A DNA stretch of 63,268 nucleotides, the filler included, from Basidiobolus ranarum (lineage: Eukaryota), in assembly GCA_040143965.1 (NCBI GenBank). It is 10 parts of 10 records of this genome, joined end to end, with 100 filler letters (N's around TTAATTAATTAA, not from the genome) between each part and the next. Parts side by side here need not be neighbours in the genome. Positions count along the whole stretch, not along the records: positions 1 to 6,250 come from JASJQH010001364.1; positions 6,351 to 12,598 come from JASJQH010001365.1; 8 more parts are not named here. One strand, given 5' to 3'. The notes under the pieces were generated by a model that was given only the letters and a program-made list of their open reading frames with translations, did no database searches and was not told the DNA's origin. Shown piece by piece: positions 1-12,698 of this stretch; within the stretch, counting starts at the first letter, position 1, and each line of letters begins with the position of its first letter. The position numbers and the translations under genes were made by a program.

Positions 1-220
1 GAATTGGCAATTCCATATTAGAAATTTTGAACTTGTGTAAATTGTATCAAAAATAGCCCATTTAACTCCCACAGATGTTCTGGACATAACCCCAGTGTTA
101 TTTTTCTGTATTTCCACTCAAATGTATAAATGCTTTATTTCTGTACAGTAAATAATTATCTCCTAAACCTATTCACAACTCCACTCTTCATATGTTCCTC
201 CAAACAGCCCATATTTTCCC
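1..220 (+). repeat. 3' part of an unclassified ~655-bp interspersed repeat (fuller copy at 57840-58494)
   Basis: Aligns with 58275-58494 (e.g. CTCCCACAGATGTTCTG...CCTCCAAACAGCCCATATTTTCCC). Confidence 0.85.
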
Positions 221-222
221 AA

Positions 223-1100
223 GAAAATTCAATATGAATGAGCTATTTGAGATAGGATCAAAGTTTAATTGATTGGGAAAATGCTTGAAAACATCGAGAT
301 ACCATCATGTTTTACCAGGAATCTCATTAATATCCACTCATCTAGGTATTTATTCAAATGCAAAGACTGGAAGCATTGGATATGTATATATTCAAGTGGA
401 ATTTTGAAAAGATTTCTGCCTGATAAGTATTGGCAACATTGCAAGTTGTTTGTTAATATTGTTAATATACTCTTATGGAATTAACTCACATTGGCAGATC
501 TCAGGCTGATACAGCAATTGTGCAAAGATTTTGTAATTGGATATGAAAACCTTTATTACCGGTTTAAAGAAGATAGACTGAATCTATGCCAGCATTCAAT
601 ACATTTCCTGCCGCATCTTTTACAGTGCTTAGCAATTATAGGCCCTTGCTATACATTTTGGGAATTCTTAATGGAGCGCACCTGCAGTGAAATGATGCTC
701 CACATGAAATTGTCAGTATTACCATATATTAATCTGATCAACAATATGTGTGCACAATCAGTGATGGATGTAATATGATGGGTCAAGGAGACTCCACAGT
801 ATATTGACCTTCCAACAAAGGGCTCTTTTCAATGTGTTCATGGGTTTTTGCATTGTTTGAGCCCAATAACCACAACAAAGCCTAATCCATGGACACAGAG
901 TAAGTACCTCTAAAATACGGACTAATTTGTTAGTGTGATAATCTGGCTGTATTTTTAGGAAAGCTGCAAGAAAGACCTCTTGGTGACAGACATCAAGATA
1001 TGTAGTATTATTATTTAAGCCATGAGGTAATCTATTCAAGCAATGGCATGTCTGCTTGAAGCAGGACATTTGTTGACTCCAAGTTAGGGATATACTGGCT
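223..1100 (+). mobile_element. Degenerate CACTA/EnSpm-type (Tnp2, Transposase_21) transposase fragment, C-terminal part
   Basis: Broken ORFs with KCKDWKHW..YS..IL..FLP..YWQH and H.LPHL..C....GP.Y.FWEF.MER motifs; inverted paralogue of 1640-2405. Confidence 0.75.
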
Positions 1101-1366
1101 GAATTCATTACGGAAATTTGCCAAAATCCAAGAGTTTATTCTCATTGTAAATGGCAACAAGAGTTAGCTGTTTGCCAAGTGTCAGTGCTATTCAAAATTT
1201 CAGACATTTAGCAATTTTTTCATCATTTATTTGCCAGTAAAGCATATTGATGTTGTTGAGTTATGTCTAATCAGTTAAGTATATGCATATGTAGAGACTA
1301 AATATAACAAGAGTCTGGTATTTTTTGACTCTCTTAATGGCTGGAATACAAAGCCTAATGCATTTT

Positions 1367-1637
1367 AATTCAAATTCCTATAGCAGAATTCCCAGTAATT
1401 TGCCAATTGGAAATTATATTTTGCAAAAATTGCCAGCATTTGCATAATGCATGCCAAATTTGGTATCAATATTTTAACATGTATGAATACCATCGAAATG
1501 CTATCAAGAAATCACCATCACACCATTAAAATCCCTTGCAGAATGCAAGCCACCAATGTTGTGATGGTTCTCTGACTGTTTTACTATTTTGGAGGGTGGA
1601 TCCAATCCAGATCAAATTGATTTTATTTTTGTCAGGG
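1367..1637 (-). repeat. 5' part of the same ~655-bp repeat, inverted
   Basis: Reverse complement matches 57840-58120, starting CCCT(G/A)ACAAAAATAAAA. Confidence 0.85.
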
Positions 1638-1639
1638 GA

Positions 1640-3107
1640 TCTATCTCAACAAGAAGTCTGTCTTGCAGCGTTCCTACAAATACTGTCGGATAATCACACA
1701 AACAAATTAGTTGGAATTATAGAGGTACTTACTCAGTGTCCATGGATTGGGCTTTGTTGCTGTTATTGTGCTCAAATAATGCAAAAACCCATGAGCACAT
1801 TAAAAAGAGTTCTTGTTGGAAGGTTAATATAATCTGGAGTCTCCTTAACCCATTGCATTACATCCATCACTGATTTTGCTGAAACATTGTTAATCAGATT
1901 AGCATATGCTAATACTGCCAATTTAATAATGAGCATCATTTCACCTCAGGTGCATCCCATTTGGAACTCCAAGAATGTATAGCAAGGCCAATAATCTCTT
2001 AGTATTGAGAAAGATGCAGCAAGTAATGTATTGAATACCAGCATAGATTCAGTCTATCTTCTTTAACCTTGTAATAAAGTTATTCATACCCAATCACAAA
2101 ATCTTTGCACAGTTGCTGTATCTGCCTGAGATCAGCCAATGTGAGTTGACACCATAAGAATATAATAACAATTTTGACAAACAACTCCCTATGTTGCCAA
2201 TAGTTATCAGGCAGAAATCTTTTCAAGACTTTACTTGCATGTATACAAGTTCAATACTTCCAGTCTTTGCATTTAAATCAATGCCTAGATGAGTGGATAT
2301 TGATGGGAGTCCTGGTAAAATATGATGGTATTTTGACATTTTCACGCATGTTCACAATTGATTCAAACTCTGATCCTATCTCAATGGCTCATTCATTTTG
2401 AATTTTCCACTATATAGCTGAGTAAGTAGTATTGGAATGTTATTGAATAGTAAGTGCATAGTGCCTGATGGAAAGCTCTGGCTCCAGCTGATTGCCTTCA
2501 ACAGTATAATATCAGGCTATTGCTAACACCAAGTTTGATGTTAGACTGACTATTTGGTGAATTGATATCAGTGATCATGTTGAAATCTGACCGGGCTCTT
2601 GACGGTAAAATCATGGAGTTTAGTGTTGTATTTGGATAGTAGTAATGCGTATGCCTGTTAGAGTAAACTCCATTGATTTGACAAAATCTACAGCAAGATA
2701 GTGCATTGTGCCCGCGAAAACCTCCAAGTTTACTGATGGCAGGAGTGTCACCAATACATACAATGATATTAGCTTTAATAAAATATTCACCCATCTGAAC
2801 CCCATTAGATAACCATTCAAATTCCGCAATCAAAGGCTCCAAGAAGCTATCTATAAGCACTGGTGATTTAGGTCCAGATATGATGGATAGTATCAAAATA
2901 TTATGACTCTTATACCATTCAGAAGGAGGAAGATTTAAGTTAATTAAAATTATTGGCCAGCAAGCCTTTCCAACAGTATATTTGTTTAGTGAGAAGCCAT
3001 CTAGAGACAATGCAAATGCATGATCATATGTGTTCTTGAAGAAACCTTGACTTTCTGGATTCTGATAGTGAAATCCATCAAGTATATTGGTAATACATCA
3101 GCTTTAT
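1640..3107 (-). mobile_element. Degenerate CACTA/EnSpm-type Tnp2 transposase
   Basis: SLDGF...CWPIILINLNLPPSE..K..N..LSII.GP..P..IDSFLEPL..E and GDTPA.SKL.GF.GHN....CRFC motifs; stops downstream; homologous to 57046-57839. Confidence 0.85.
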
Positions 3108-3109
3108 AG

Positions 3110-3730
3110 TGTAGTGAGGCAGCATTGCTACCCACTGGCAGGTTGACTTATTTCCACTCCAAGTTCATATCATTACTATTGTGCAATTTCTATTTTATTA
3201 TCCATATTTGACTTACTCTTATTTTCTAGCCAATTATATCACACCACTAGTATTACTCCTAATGATTTGAGATTTATCAATATTAACCCATATTAGCGCA
3301 TTGTTTTCTGGAAAATTCTACAATCTTATGGAATATCACATAAGATTCTTGGAATATTTAATGATTGATTGAGTTTTGACCATTCAAAACGTGATTTTGC
3401 CAGAATATCCCATGACTTTCTGGATCATTCCACAATCTTCTGGAACATTCTATGGATTACTAATCTTATGACTTATGATGATATCATAACCCTGGATCAC
3501 TACCAATAGAATTCTCTGGAACTTCCCTGAAATTCTTATTAGTATTGATTTCTATCTTTAGAAAAGTATAAATAGGAGCCATATCTTTTCAAATAAAAAT
3601 CATCCTAATTTTCAACTAACAATTACTACTTGTGATCACCCCTTATTTTCATCACTGCTTAAAAGACCTTTGAAGTTACAGCTACTGTGTGACTAGAAAG
3701 GACCTGATCAGCTCAAAGGAAGTACTGACA
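3110..3730 (+). mobile_element. Putative 5' LTR of the Ty3/Gypsy element, inserted into the Tnp2 copy
   Basis: Begins TGTAGT just where Tnp2 homology stops and ends ACTGACA; TATAAATA at 3567; lies upstream of the gag-pol remnants. The second LTR is not in the contig. Confidence 0.55.
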
Positions 3731-4150
3731 GGTAGGTGGTATATTTCTGATGCTTTTTATTTTTCCCTAGCATTGTTGGCATAGGCAAGGAACTTTTCAT
3801 ATCCTTACATAAATAACTACTAGTGTATCCATGTTTAAGACCCTGCTGCTGAGTTTACAGTTGTTTCTGATTTGATATACCCTTTTTATCTGTCCATTCT
3901 CAAAGGACATTGAAGCCAGTATATTCTTTTGTCAGGCACCAGCATATTACTCTACAGAAAGCTGGACATTGCATTGTAGTTTATCAGTCCAAAACTTGAA
4001 CATCTCATCTTGAAGTTTGAGAGCAAGTCCTACCAAGGAGGAACCTATCCATATTCCTACCCATCTAATTGTGTATGGTGTGACTCAACCAAAAATTCCA
4101 AGAAGAACTGTCCTCAATCAAATGCACTACTTAACAAAAGAGGGCTCTAA

Positions 4151-6250
4151 TTGGACTCAAGTGGGTTTATACCTGATTATAATGGCAGAAATGTCAGGTC
4201 AAACTTTGGAAGAGTAGGTATGAAAGCAATGTACCACCCACTAGTTAACAACACCAGAAGAATAACTGTTGAAAAATCTGACCTGAACATAGAGCACTTT
4301 GCTGTTGACCAGCATCAAAACCAAGTATTAGAATCTGATCATGAAGATGATTTTTCTTGCTTAGCTCAAGCTTATTCAACCAAAGAACTCTTCCACCTGA
4401 GGAACTAAGACCTACTAGTACACAGAAGGCAAGATTTTCTGAGCCAGGGGTTGCTATTGAGTACATTCCAAAACCAACACCAAGAACTACTGAAGAAGGA
4501 CCTTGACAGCCTAACTATCAAATGCAATCCAAGATTAGCAAGAAGGCAGATCCTGAGACACTTACTGAGGGGATCTTAGACTCTTGCCTCTCTGTGACAA
4601 TTGGGGAACTTGTGAGTGTTTCACCTACAGTCAGAAAGAATCTAGATGACAACATACATACTAGGAGACAACCTATAGAGCAGCATACTGCAAGAATTAT
4701 ACAGACAACTGATGATGAACCACTTCTCAAGATGAACAAGGAAAAATCTACATTCACTTACCCCTCAGTAGCCACAGCCATAGTTAGTGGGACAACTCAT
4801 GGAGACCTTATAAGATGCCATATTGATAGTGTGTCAGAGATTAGTGTGATGCCAATGGACTTCTATAAGTCATTACAATGCAAACACTTGCTCCCAATGG
4901 ATGCTGATATACACTGGAATTTGCATGATACCAACACTGGAGTCTCTTCACTCTTAGGAGTCATTCATGTGTTACCTGTCAACATACAAGGGGTAGAGCA
5001 CACTGCACCTGTCTTCATCTGCCAAGAAGCAAAGTTCAGCCTACTACTTGCAAGACCTTGGGACACAAAAGCAAGAGCAATGGTCATGAATTACCCTCAT
5101 GGATCTGTTTGGGACACCATTTATGGAAGCAACCCAGAATAATTTGCCAACTTTTGTGGAGCACCAGCTACTGACCATAGAACTCAAACTGAGTGCAGAA
5201 GCACCACCAAAGAAGATACTCACTACCAAATACATTATACATCTAACTTGAACTTGGCTTGAGTAGCTGCTTTATGATCTAAAGTACAAGAAGCCATTGT
5301 TATAACCAAGTACAAGACAGTTGCTACTAAAGTCAAACCTTCTCTTGAAGCACTAACTGACGGAACCAGACCAGCCAATCTAGAAAGGAACCACTAGCCA
5401 ATAACACTAGAGTCAGACTATATCCAGAGAGACTAGCTACTCTCAAGATTGGCAATGGCAACCTCAGCCATCAGGAAGTTGAACTATTCAGAGATATGAT
5501 TGTTAGATATGATAGAGTCTTTGCATACAATGACCAGAAAATGGGACTACTATTGCCCTCAGTTGAGAAACCAATAAAAATTCACACCATAGAGCACACA
5601 CCATGTTCTTAAAAACCTTACCCATTATCAAGAGGCCTGCAACCAGATGTGAATACACTCCTTAAGAGTAAGATGCAAGCTGGAATCCTTGAACCATGCT
5701 ATGGACCTTATGAAAACCACCGGTTTGTCACAAAGAAGAAGAGTGGCAAACTGAGATTCATACAAGATATGCAGCCAGCCAATGCAGTTACAATTAGAGA
5801 TGCTGCAGTATCCCTATCAATTGATGAATTTGCAGAGAGCTTAATAGGAGCTTCCATATATTCAACCTATGATCTATACTCAGCATGTGACAAGCATCTT
5901 TTGATGAAGCCTCAAGAGACATGTTTGGACTACAGACTCCCTTTGGGCTACTTAGAATGACAACAGTCAGCCAAGGTGGAACTAACTCTGTTGCACAGTT
6001 TCAATGTGTGATGGTTAAAGTCCTCTACAAGTTTATCCCAGACATGTTAGCTGCATTTGTAGATGTCGTTGGTGTAAAAGGATCACTTATTAAGGACACA
6101 CCTGAAGTATTCCCAGGAGTAAGAAGATTTGTATATGCTCATATACAAGACAATGACCAGATTTTGACCAAAATTGAGAAGGCTGGACTCACTATAAGTG
6201 GTGAGAAAAGTGACTTTGGAATGCCAGAAATATCCATAGTTGGGCAGAAA
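4151..6250 (+). mobile_element. Degenerate Ty3/Gypsy-like retrotransposon gag-pol (aspartic protease and reverse transcriptase), cut by contig end
   Basis: Protease-like IDSVSEISVM...LLLARPW; RT motifs KKKSGKLRFIQDM, DLYSA, TPFGLLRMT..QG.TNS, FVDVVGVKG; many stops and frameshifts. Confidence 0.85.
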
Positions 6251-6350
6251 NNNNNNNNNNNNNNNNNNNNNNNNNNNNNNNNNNNNNNNNNNNNTTAATT
6301 AATTAANNNNNNNNNNNNNNNNNNNNNNNNNNNNNNNNNNNNNNNNNNNN
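6251..6350. other. Artificial contig linker
   Basis: N44-TTAATTAATTAA-N44; stops in all six frames. Confidence 0.99.
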
Positions 6351-6964
6351 ATTATTTGATTCAAATATTAGGTTATCTCATTGTGTGTGCAACAATTCAT
6401 TGCTTTGTACTTTTAAAGCGAGTGTCTAATAATCCCCATTGAGTGGCGTTTGTGATATGAAGTATATCAATGGCAGCTTCGATTAAAATAACTGAGTTAG
6501 TAACCAACTAACATCAGCCCTAACTGCTGCATCAAGAGATGTTTTGAAGATTTAGAACCAGTTGGTACAACCTAGTTAGCAATCTAGAACAAGTTGACGG
6601 GATTATTAGAATACATAAATCTGTCAGTATGATTATTTGTCCAACAATGCATTTACTACTGGTATTGTCTGAATTGATCCTCCATCCAATTTCGAAGCAA
6701 ATTATAAATCAGCCCAGTTTGTATTATTCAATGGGTTTTTCTTTACAAATGGCTATGGTGAGTATATTATTCACTTATGCTCTTGTGTGTTATGGTGAAT
6801 ATATTATATCTCTGGGGTCACCTATTTAAACCCGTATTTTCCCTACATTGCATCAGCAGTTTTGGTACATTTCTACCAAACTGCCTCTACTAATCTAGTC
6901 GCTATACCCAATACCTTCACAACACCAATATACTCAACTACCAAACTCACCCTACATAACCATA

Positions 6965-7603
6965 ATGTCTAAAAGAAAGAGTTCAAGATCAAAGAGATAC
7001 TCATCCCGTAGTACTAACAGTGCGAAATCAAACCGAAACTCCGACCACATGGAGCTATGTACTGTTGAACGCGGGATAGGGTCTAACACATTGAATATTC
7101 TAGTTGATAATGAAATACAATATGTCCTTAAATCGAAGCGTAAACTCCTATCAAAAAACACTCACTTTTATGATGCCTCTAATAGAAAGCTTCTATACCA
7201 GGCCAAAGGACGTGGACTCTTAGGCTATATGTCTATTAAGAGTCAAATATATGCGATTGACATGAAATTCTTGCGCCCAAAATTCTCTCGTGGTATTTAT
7301 GGATTTGAAGTGAATGGCGTAGATTACTTCTGGGACTTCGAATATGCATCTCACCTTCGCTGCTTTACGACCCACAATATGAATCTGGTTGCCCAATATT
7401 TCTGGAGTTCTTCGCTATCACCTTCCCCGTTTCACCAGGGTTCTGGATCTTCAACTGAACTTAAGCTTAGGCACCAACCACACCAAAAGAGATTCGAACC
7501 GTTGGCTCACTTAGTCATTTTGAGGAAGGGTTCTGATTCCCCCGTAGCTAGATCCATTATAACTTTCACTGGCTTGTTATTATTAAAAAATTCCATCTGG
7601 TAA
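6965..7603 (+). CDS. Uncharacterised tubby C-terminal/LURP-one/DUF6593-like protein, paralogue 1
   Basis: Intact 212-aa ORF sharing GYM.I.S, RG.Y.FE..GV.Y.WD, LRCF...LVAQ and TGLLLLKNSIW with its two neighbours; fold assignment is inferred. Confidence 0.75.
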   Translation: MSKRKSSRSKRYSSRSTNSAKSNRNSDHMELCTVERGIGSNTLNILVDNEIQYVLKSKRKLLSKNTHFYDASNRKLLYQAKGRGLLGYMSIKSQIYAIDMKFLRPKFSRGIYGFEVNGVDYFWDFEYASHLRCFTTHNMNLVAQYFWSSSLSPSPFHQGSGSSTELKLRHQPHQKRFEPLAHLVILRKGSDSPVARSIITFTGLLLLKNSIW

Positions 7604-8318
7604 TGATTAGAATAGAATGTTAGTCATTTCGAGAATTGTAAAATGTATCCTTGTAGATTTGTGAATACAAAATTAAATATAGAATGAAAAAATAAATATT
7701 AATTTGGGGAAAATGTAATTGGCGTTTCTGCAGGTTTATTTGGAGAAACAGGTATTGTACTTCAGTTACAGTTAGTTAAAGAGTGTCTGCCAAATATATT
7801 ATCCACAAATGATATGATTTAGCATGTGAATGAAGATTAAGGAGTAGATTTGAATGGCACTTACCTTATTGATCATCATTGCAAATAAAGCCGAGTCGGA
7901 AATTCGGCTACTTCAGCTTTTTTCTACGCTATTTTTCCTGTGAATATTACCTCTGACTGGTCCAAGACATGTAGGCGAGGCAATGGTAAATAACCTAGAC
8001 CTAATGTAGGTATTTGCAGCACCTTACCAAAACAAACCGGATACCTGATTGAATACAAATCGAATGCATCTTCAACTCACAATAGAAAAAATCCTCACTC
8101 AAAACAACTCTTATCCGCGATAGAGAAAGATCATTTTGGGGCTATGTGACCGTTTTAACCATTTATCATTGGTAAGCGACCACTCGCCTTGCACGATCAG
8201 TACTGAACTGGGCCCGTAATTCATCCGATAAAGAAAATAATATATATGTATGCCCATCAAATCAGTATATATAACACCAAGAATTGCTCTTTCAAACCTC
8301 AACTTGTTACGCAATTCA

Positions 8319-9005
8319 ATGCTTACTTTCAACAATATGAATTTTGAATCCACAAAGCCCTCTTCCAAGCACAAGAATGGGCTTAAAACACGCACACTAA
8401 CCAGATGCGAAAGTGATGGCGCCTCTCATCTAGCTAAACACTTTTCACCCGCGTCTTTATGTTACTCCATTCAAGGCGATCCTCTCCGACACGAGATGAT
8501 GGTCCAATCTCAGGGACAACCCGTGTATTACCTTCGAACCACATCAAAGCTATTTGGCAGGGAGTTAGCCTTGTACAATAGCTCAAATGATACTCCGATC
8601 TATAGAATAAGCAGCCATAAAACGCTAGGCTACATGAAAATATCCAGCTCAGCATCCCCCACACAAAAAACCCGATTCCCTTACCCACACTCTAGCCATG
8701 GTATGTACGCCATGGAATCCGAAGGAATCCAATTTGTTTGGGACTACAGCAAAGACAAGTACTTGAGGTGCTATGATATGACTGATATGAGCATTGTTGC
8801 TGAGCTATTTTGGAAAGATCCCTCCTCAAATCGCTCCAGCTGCTCGTCCTTCTGTACGGAATCCATGGAAGACATCCATTACGCGAAATATATGTCAAAA
8901 TTGATGATTTCTTCCGAATGGCATGCAAATCCCACCCAACAAATGTTTATAGTACTTACAGGTTTATTGATACTTAGAAATTCCATTTGGAAGAGAGATG
9001 TTTAA
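8319..9005 (+). CDS. Same family, paralogue 2 (ORF is open from 8250; ATG at 8319 follows a TATA box)
   Basis: GYMKISS, HGMYAMESEGIQFVWD, LRCYDM..IVAELFW, TGLLILRNSIW; TATATATAA at ~8266. Confidence 0.75.
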   Translation: MLTFNNMNFESTKPSSKHKNGLKTRTLTRCESDGASHLAKHFSPASLCYSIQGDPLRHEMMVQSQGQPVYYLRTTSKLFGRELALYNSSNDTPIYRISSHKTLGYMKISSSASPTQKTRFPYPHSSHGMYAMESEGIQFVWDYSKDKYLRCYDMTDMSIVAELFWKDPSSNRSSCSSFCTESMEDIHYAKYMSKLMISSEWHANPTQQMFIVLTGLLILRNSIWKRDV

Positions 9006-10154
9006 AAAGCACAGTGTATAGTTTCTGTATATCTTGTATATTTGTACAATAAAGTGTTATATTATATCAAATTGTTAATGTATCTTCCTTCTAACCTCGG
9101 TATACCATCTGGCTGAATCTTTAAATACAATGATGCTCAATTCTCTTGTAAGCCCATATCGGATGTGGGTGTGATGTTTCAAATGCTAATCAAATTAGGT
9201 TGGTTTAACATCATCAATGAGTTGCAAGTCAAGCAATGGGGCTGAATCTTTAACCCAACCCTAAGAATCCCCTAGCAAGGCCATTCGACCTAAATTCGAG
9301 ATCATATCTTTCTAATTAACCCTGGATTTGGATCCTCATTACTGAAACATATACCATATACCCACAACCCTAACCCTTAATGCAAGATGTATTAGCAACC
9401 AACTGATCCGGTATTTACCCTCAAGAAATGCCGTGAAAATCCTCCAGCCTAACAAGATCTGCTGCTTATACCTCTTTTGAAAGCAAACTTGTGTAGTACA
9501 CACGTAATCATACAATATTACCCCAATACCTCCAAGTTGGATCCGATACTCCGAGGGAATTGCTTGGACGAACTAATGGATCAAGATGCGGTTCTCTTAG
9601 TTCCGGCGGAAATGACAGCTGTCAGACTCACTACTAATTTGCCCACAAATGCATGTTAGTGTAAGTGTTACATTTCCGCAGAATGATCTAGCAGAAACTA
9701 GCCAATACAGATATTGCAATTTGTAAGTCTTGTTCTATCAAGCGTCACTCCTCCATTTATGGCAATTTACCGCTATATTTGTATCGCCTTATTTCTATGA
9801 TTATGTCAATTCATTGGGGCGTTTCAACAGAATCGCATGTCAATGCAGTTCCACTCAATAGCCAAATTAGCCAATGAATTGCCGAAGGTAAGCACAGTAA
9901 TCACATCTTAAATCGCTTGTCAGCGGAAGATCGGAATCAGTATCCAAGTAGGGAAGTTTACATCTGCGAAGATTTTGCTCAACCTATTCTCTCATAGATC
10001 CGCAGATTACCTGCCGTTTTGCCGTTGGATTATTATGGTATCAGAGATGTTGGAATATACCTGAGCAGTAATATATAAGAGATCTTCCACCACTTCTCAG
10101 TTAATTATCTCGCCTCAAATCTAGTAATCTTTCTCATTCAGATTTCAACGCATC

Positions 10155-10736
10155 ATGGCTAGTCAAGTAATACAACCTCGAGCTAGTTCACCCTTTGATT
10201 ATAAGCACCATACCAAACAAGAGCATAAACCTTCTGAACTGTTGGTTTTTATTTGCGAAAAGGAGAAGAATTCGGATAACGTGATCATTCGAAACGGCGA
10301 CTCTGTCCATTACATTCTAAAGAGGCAACTCTTTGGAAAGAAATATACTTTGACCTCTGGAGACTCTAACAGCTCACTAATTCGCGCTGTGACCCACAGA
10401 GCCGTTGGATATATCACCTTGAAAAGCATGGTTTTCGCCATTCACTTCAACCTATCTTTCCCAAAGTTTCCCCGAGGTGTCTACACTTTCGAGATAGACG
10501 GTGTACAATATCTATGGGACTATGAGATGGGCTCTCATATGAGATGCTTTACTGTACAGGACACTAAACTCGTAGCCCAAATATTCAGCAACTCCATGAA
10601 TCCCTCAGAGGAATCTGGGGACTCTATCGCTTGGAATGCAAGGTTAGCCATGGTGAAAGAGGTGACAGTTTCTTCTGGAACTCTTGCCTTAATCACCATG
10701 ACTGGATTGCTCTTAATGAAGAAACAGATTTGGTAA
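10155..10736 (+). CDS. Same family, paralogue 3
   Basis: GYITLKS, RGVYTFEIDGVQYLWDYE, MRCFT..LVAQIF, TGLLLMKKQIW; TATATAA at ~10072. Confidence 0.75.
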   Translation: MASQVIQPRASSPFDYKHHTKQEHKPSELLVFICEKEKNSDNVIIRNGDSVHYILKRQLFGKKYTLTSGDSNSSLIRAVTHRAVGYITLKSMVFAIHFNLSFPKFPRGVYTFEIDGVQYLWDYEMGSHMRCFTVQDTKLVAQIFSNSMNPSEESGDSIAWNARLAMVKEVTVSSGTLALITMTGLLLMKKQIW

Positions 10737-12351
10737 AAGGGCGATCGTATTCTCGCTTTCACTCATGAATCAGCCCATTTCTGGTGCCATAGGCAGCTGA
10801 TCTCACTTCATTTATACAAATTCCCATTATTCTTGTGTACAATTTCCTCATAGACATTGAAATCGAAACCCATTCTATTCTATTCTGTTGTATTCATTTC
10901 TTTTCTTTGTGAGCTTTGAAAATTCCTGTAAAATTCCACTCACGGTCATTTTAACTTTTCATTTGACATGATTGGTTATTCCGTCATTTGTTATTCATTT
11001 ATAAATTTCCTCATAAATCCATCATCTCAAGGTATTATTTCCCATTTATCAAATATGTATATGTTGGCGAGGCATTGGGACAAGGGGGAAAGGATTAAGC
11101 AGCGATATAAATCAATGAGGGTTTCTAAATCCTCTATGACGTATTTATTAAACTCTGACATGTGTCATTAGTCGCACCAACTGACAAAGGAAGATGTCTG
11201 ATATAAGCCATGTACCTAGGCTAATCGGTATATTCGTCGAGGGTGTCTGCGGAACGTGCCCTCAATCTCTTGCTTGGATTTACATTGAAAACCGAAAAGG
11301 AAGGAATTCTAATTATCCATGTGATTCTCTAGATTAAAGCTATTTGATGGAAGCTGTTCATAGTTCAACCGAGAGCTAGTCTGTACTAAACATGTTGACT
11401 AAAGTAAGGCTAGATGAGACAAGTGTGATAGGAAAATCCTCTTTGCCATGGATGATTCGCTGTGGGTAAACACATTAAAGTTCTTCTTCAACCACTTGCA
11501 TGTCGTTAGAACCAATTTGATTCGATTCCTGCAGACCATTAGTGGATATTAAGCCTAGATGGTCTCTTCCCCTCCATTGACAGTCTACCATCGATCGACT
11601 TTATCTTAGAATAGCCACTTTGGGCTCAATAATCCGGTTAGGGCTATTTGTGCTTGGAGATAAGCCTGTTTTGGGAAATCACGGTATCTGAACATCATTT
11701 CCACAACTAAAAATGAGTTCTCCAAATGATTGCTAGTAATTTTGGAAGCATTGTTATAGTATTCCCTTCCAAAAACCTCCCAAAATGGGCTATTAGAAAT
11801 TCTAGCATGGAACAAAAATCAAGGTCAAAAATAAAGCATCAACCAATCATTGGAATTGATTCAAAACCGTATTTCTTTTTTTTGTCGCTAACATTACGAA
11901 AACGTGGCTCCATGGGGAATCTAAGACTGGATGGTTGTGTAGGATTTGAATTAATTTATTTAGCTAGTCTTGTACGAGACTATTTGAAATGTCACACATA
12001 GGTGCGTTTTTGTGGGTAATTATATTCGTACAAGACTAACTTGATGCGTTTATATGTACATGACTAGTACACCAGCCTCTGATACACCACCTCACGTAAG
12101 AGGCGTGGCAGTAATTGAGGCTGAGAATATTTTAATAGTTGCCTTGGTTCAGCTAGACGACTGGACCCGTGTACACTGAAGTCAAGCAGTTATTTATATC
12201 TATTCCAATTATTTGTTGATTCAATATACACCAATTCGGTGTCGGCACATTTCCTTCTATATATAAATGGGTTCATAACCTACCTTCAATCAGTTTTGTC
12301 AATTGAACCATCTTATCATATAACTCTTTTTCATTCTTCCTCTCCTCCAAT

Positions 12352-12598
12352 ATGAGCCAGGATTTAGAAGCCGTAAGAAAACTGAGAGGTCACGCCGCTA
12401 CTCCTCTTGGTTTGTGTGCCTTCGCTATGACAACTTTTGTGATGGGTTGTATCAACTTTGGATTCTCTACCCATGTCCCTAGTATTGTCATTGGGTTGGC
12501 TTTCTTCTACGGAGGTGTAACACAGGTACCCACCCTATTTGATGACTGAGTAATTTAATGAAAACTGATAGAGCTTTACATATCTTTAGTTGGTCTGT
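12352..12598 (+). CDS. GPR1/FUN34/YaaH (Ady2/Ato-type) acetate/ammonium transporter, 5' part
   Basis: ATPLGLCAFAMTTF...GLAFFYGGVTQ signature; intron ~12527-12589; cut by contig end. Confidence 0.9.
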
Positions 12599-12698
12599 NN
12601 NNNNNNNNNNNNNNNNNNNNNNNNNNNNNNNNNNNNNNNNNNTTAATTAATTAANNNNNNNNNNNNNNNNNNNNNNNNNNNNNNNNNNNNNNNNNNNN
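12599..12698. other. Artificial contig linker
   Basis: N44-TTAATTAATTAA-N44. Confidence 0.99.
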
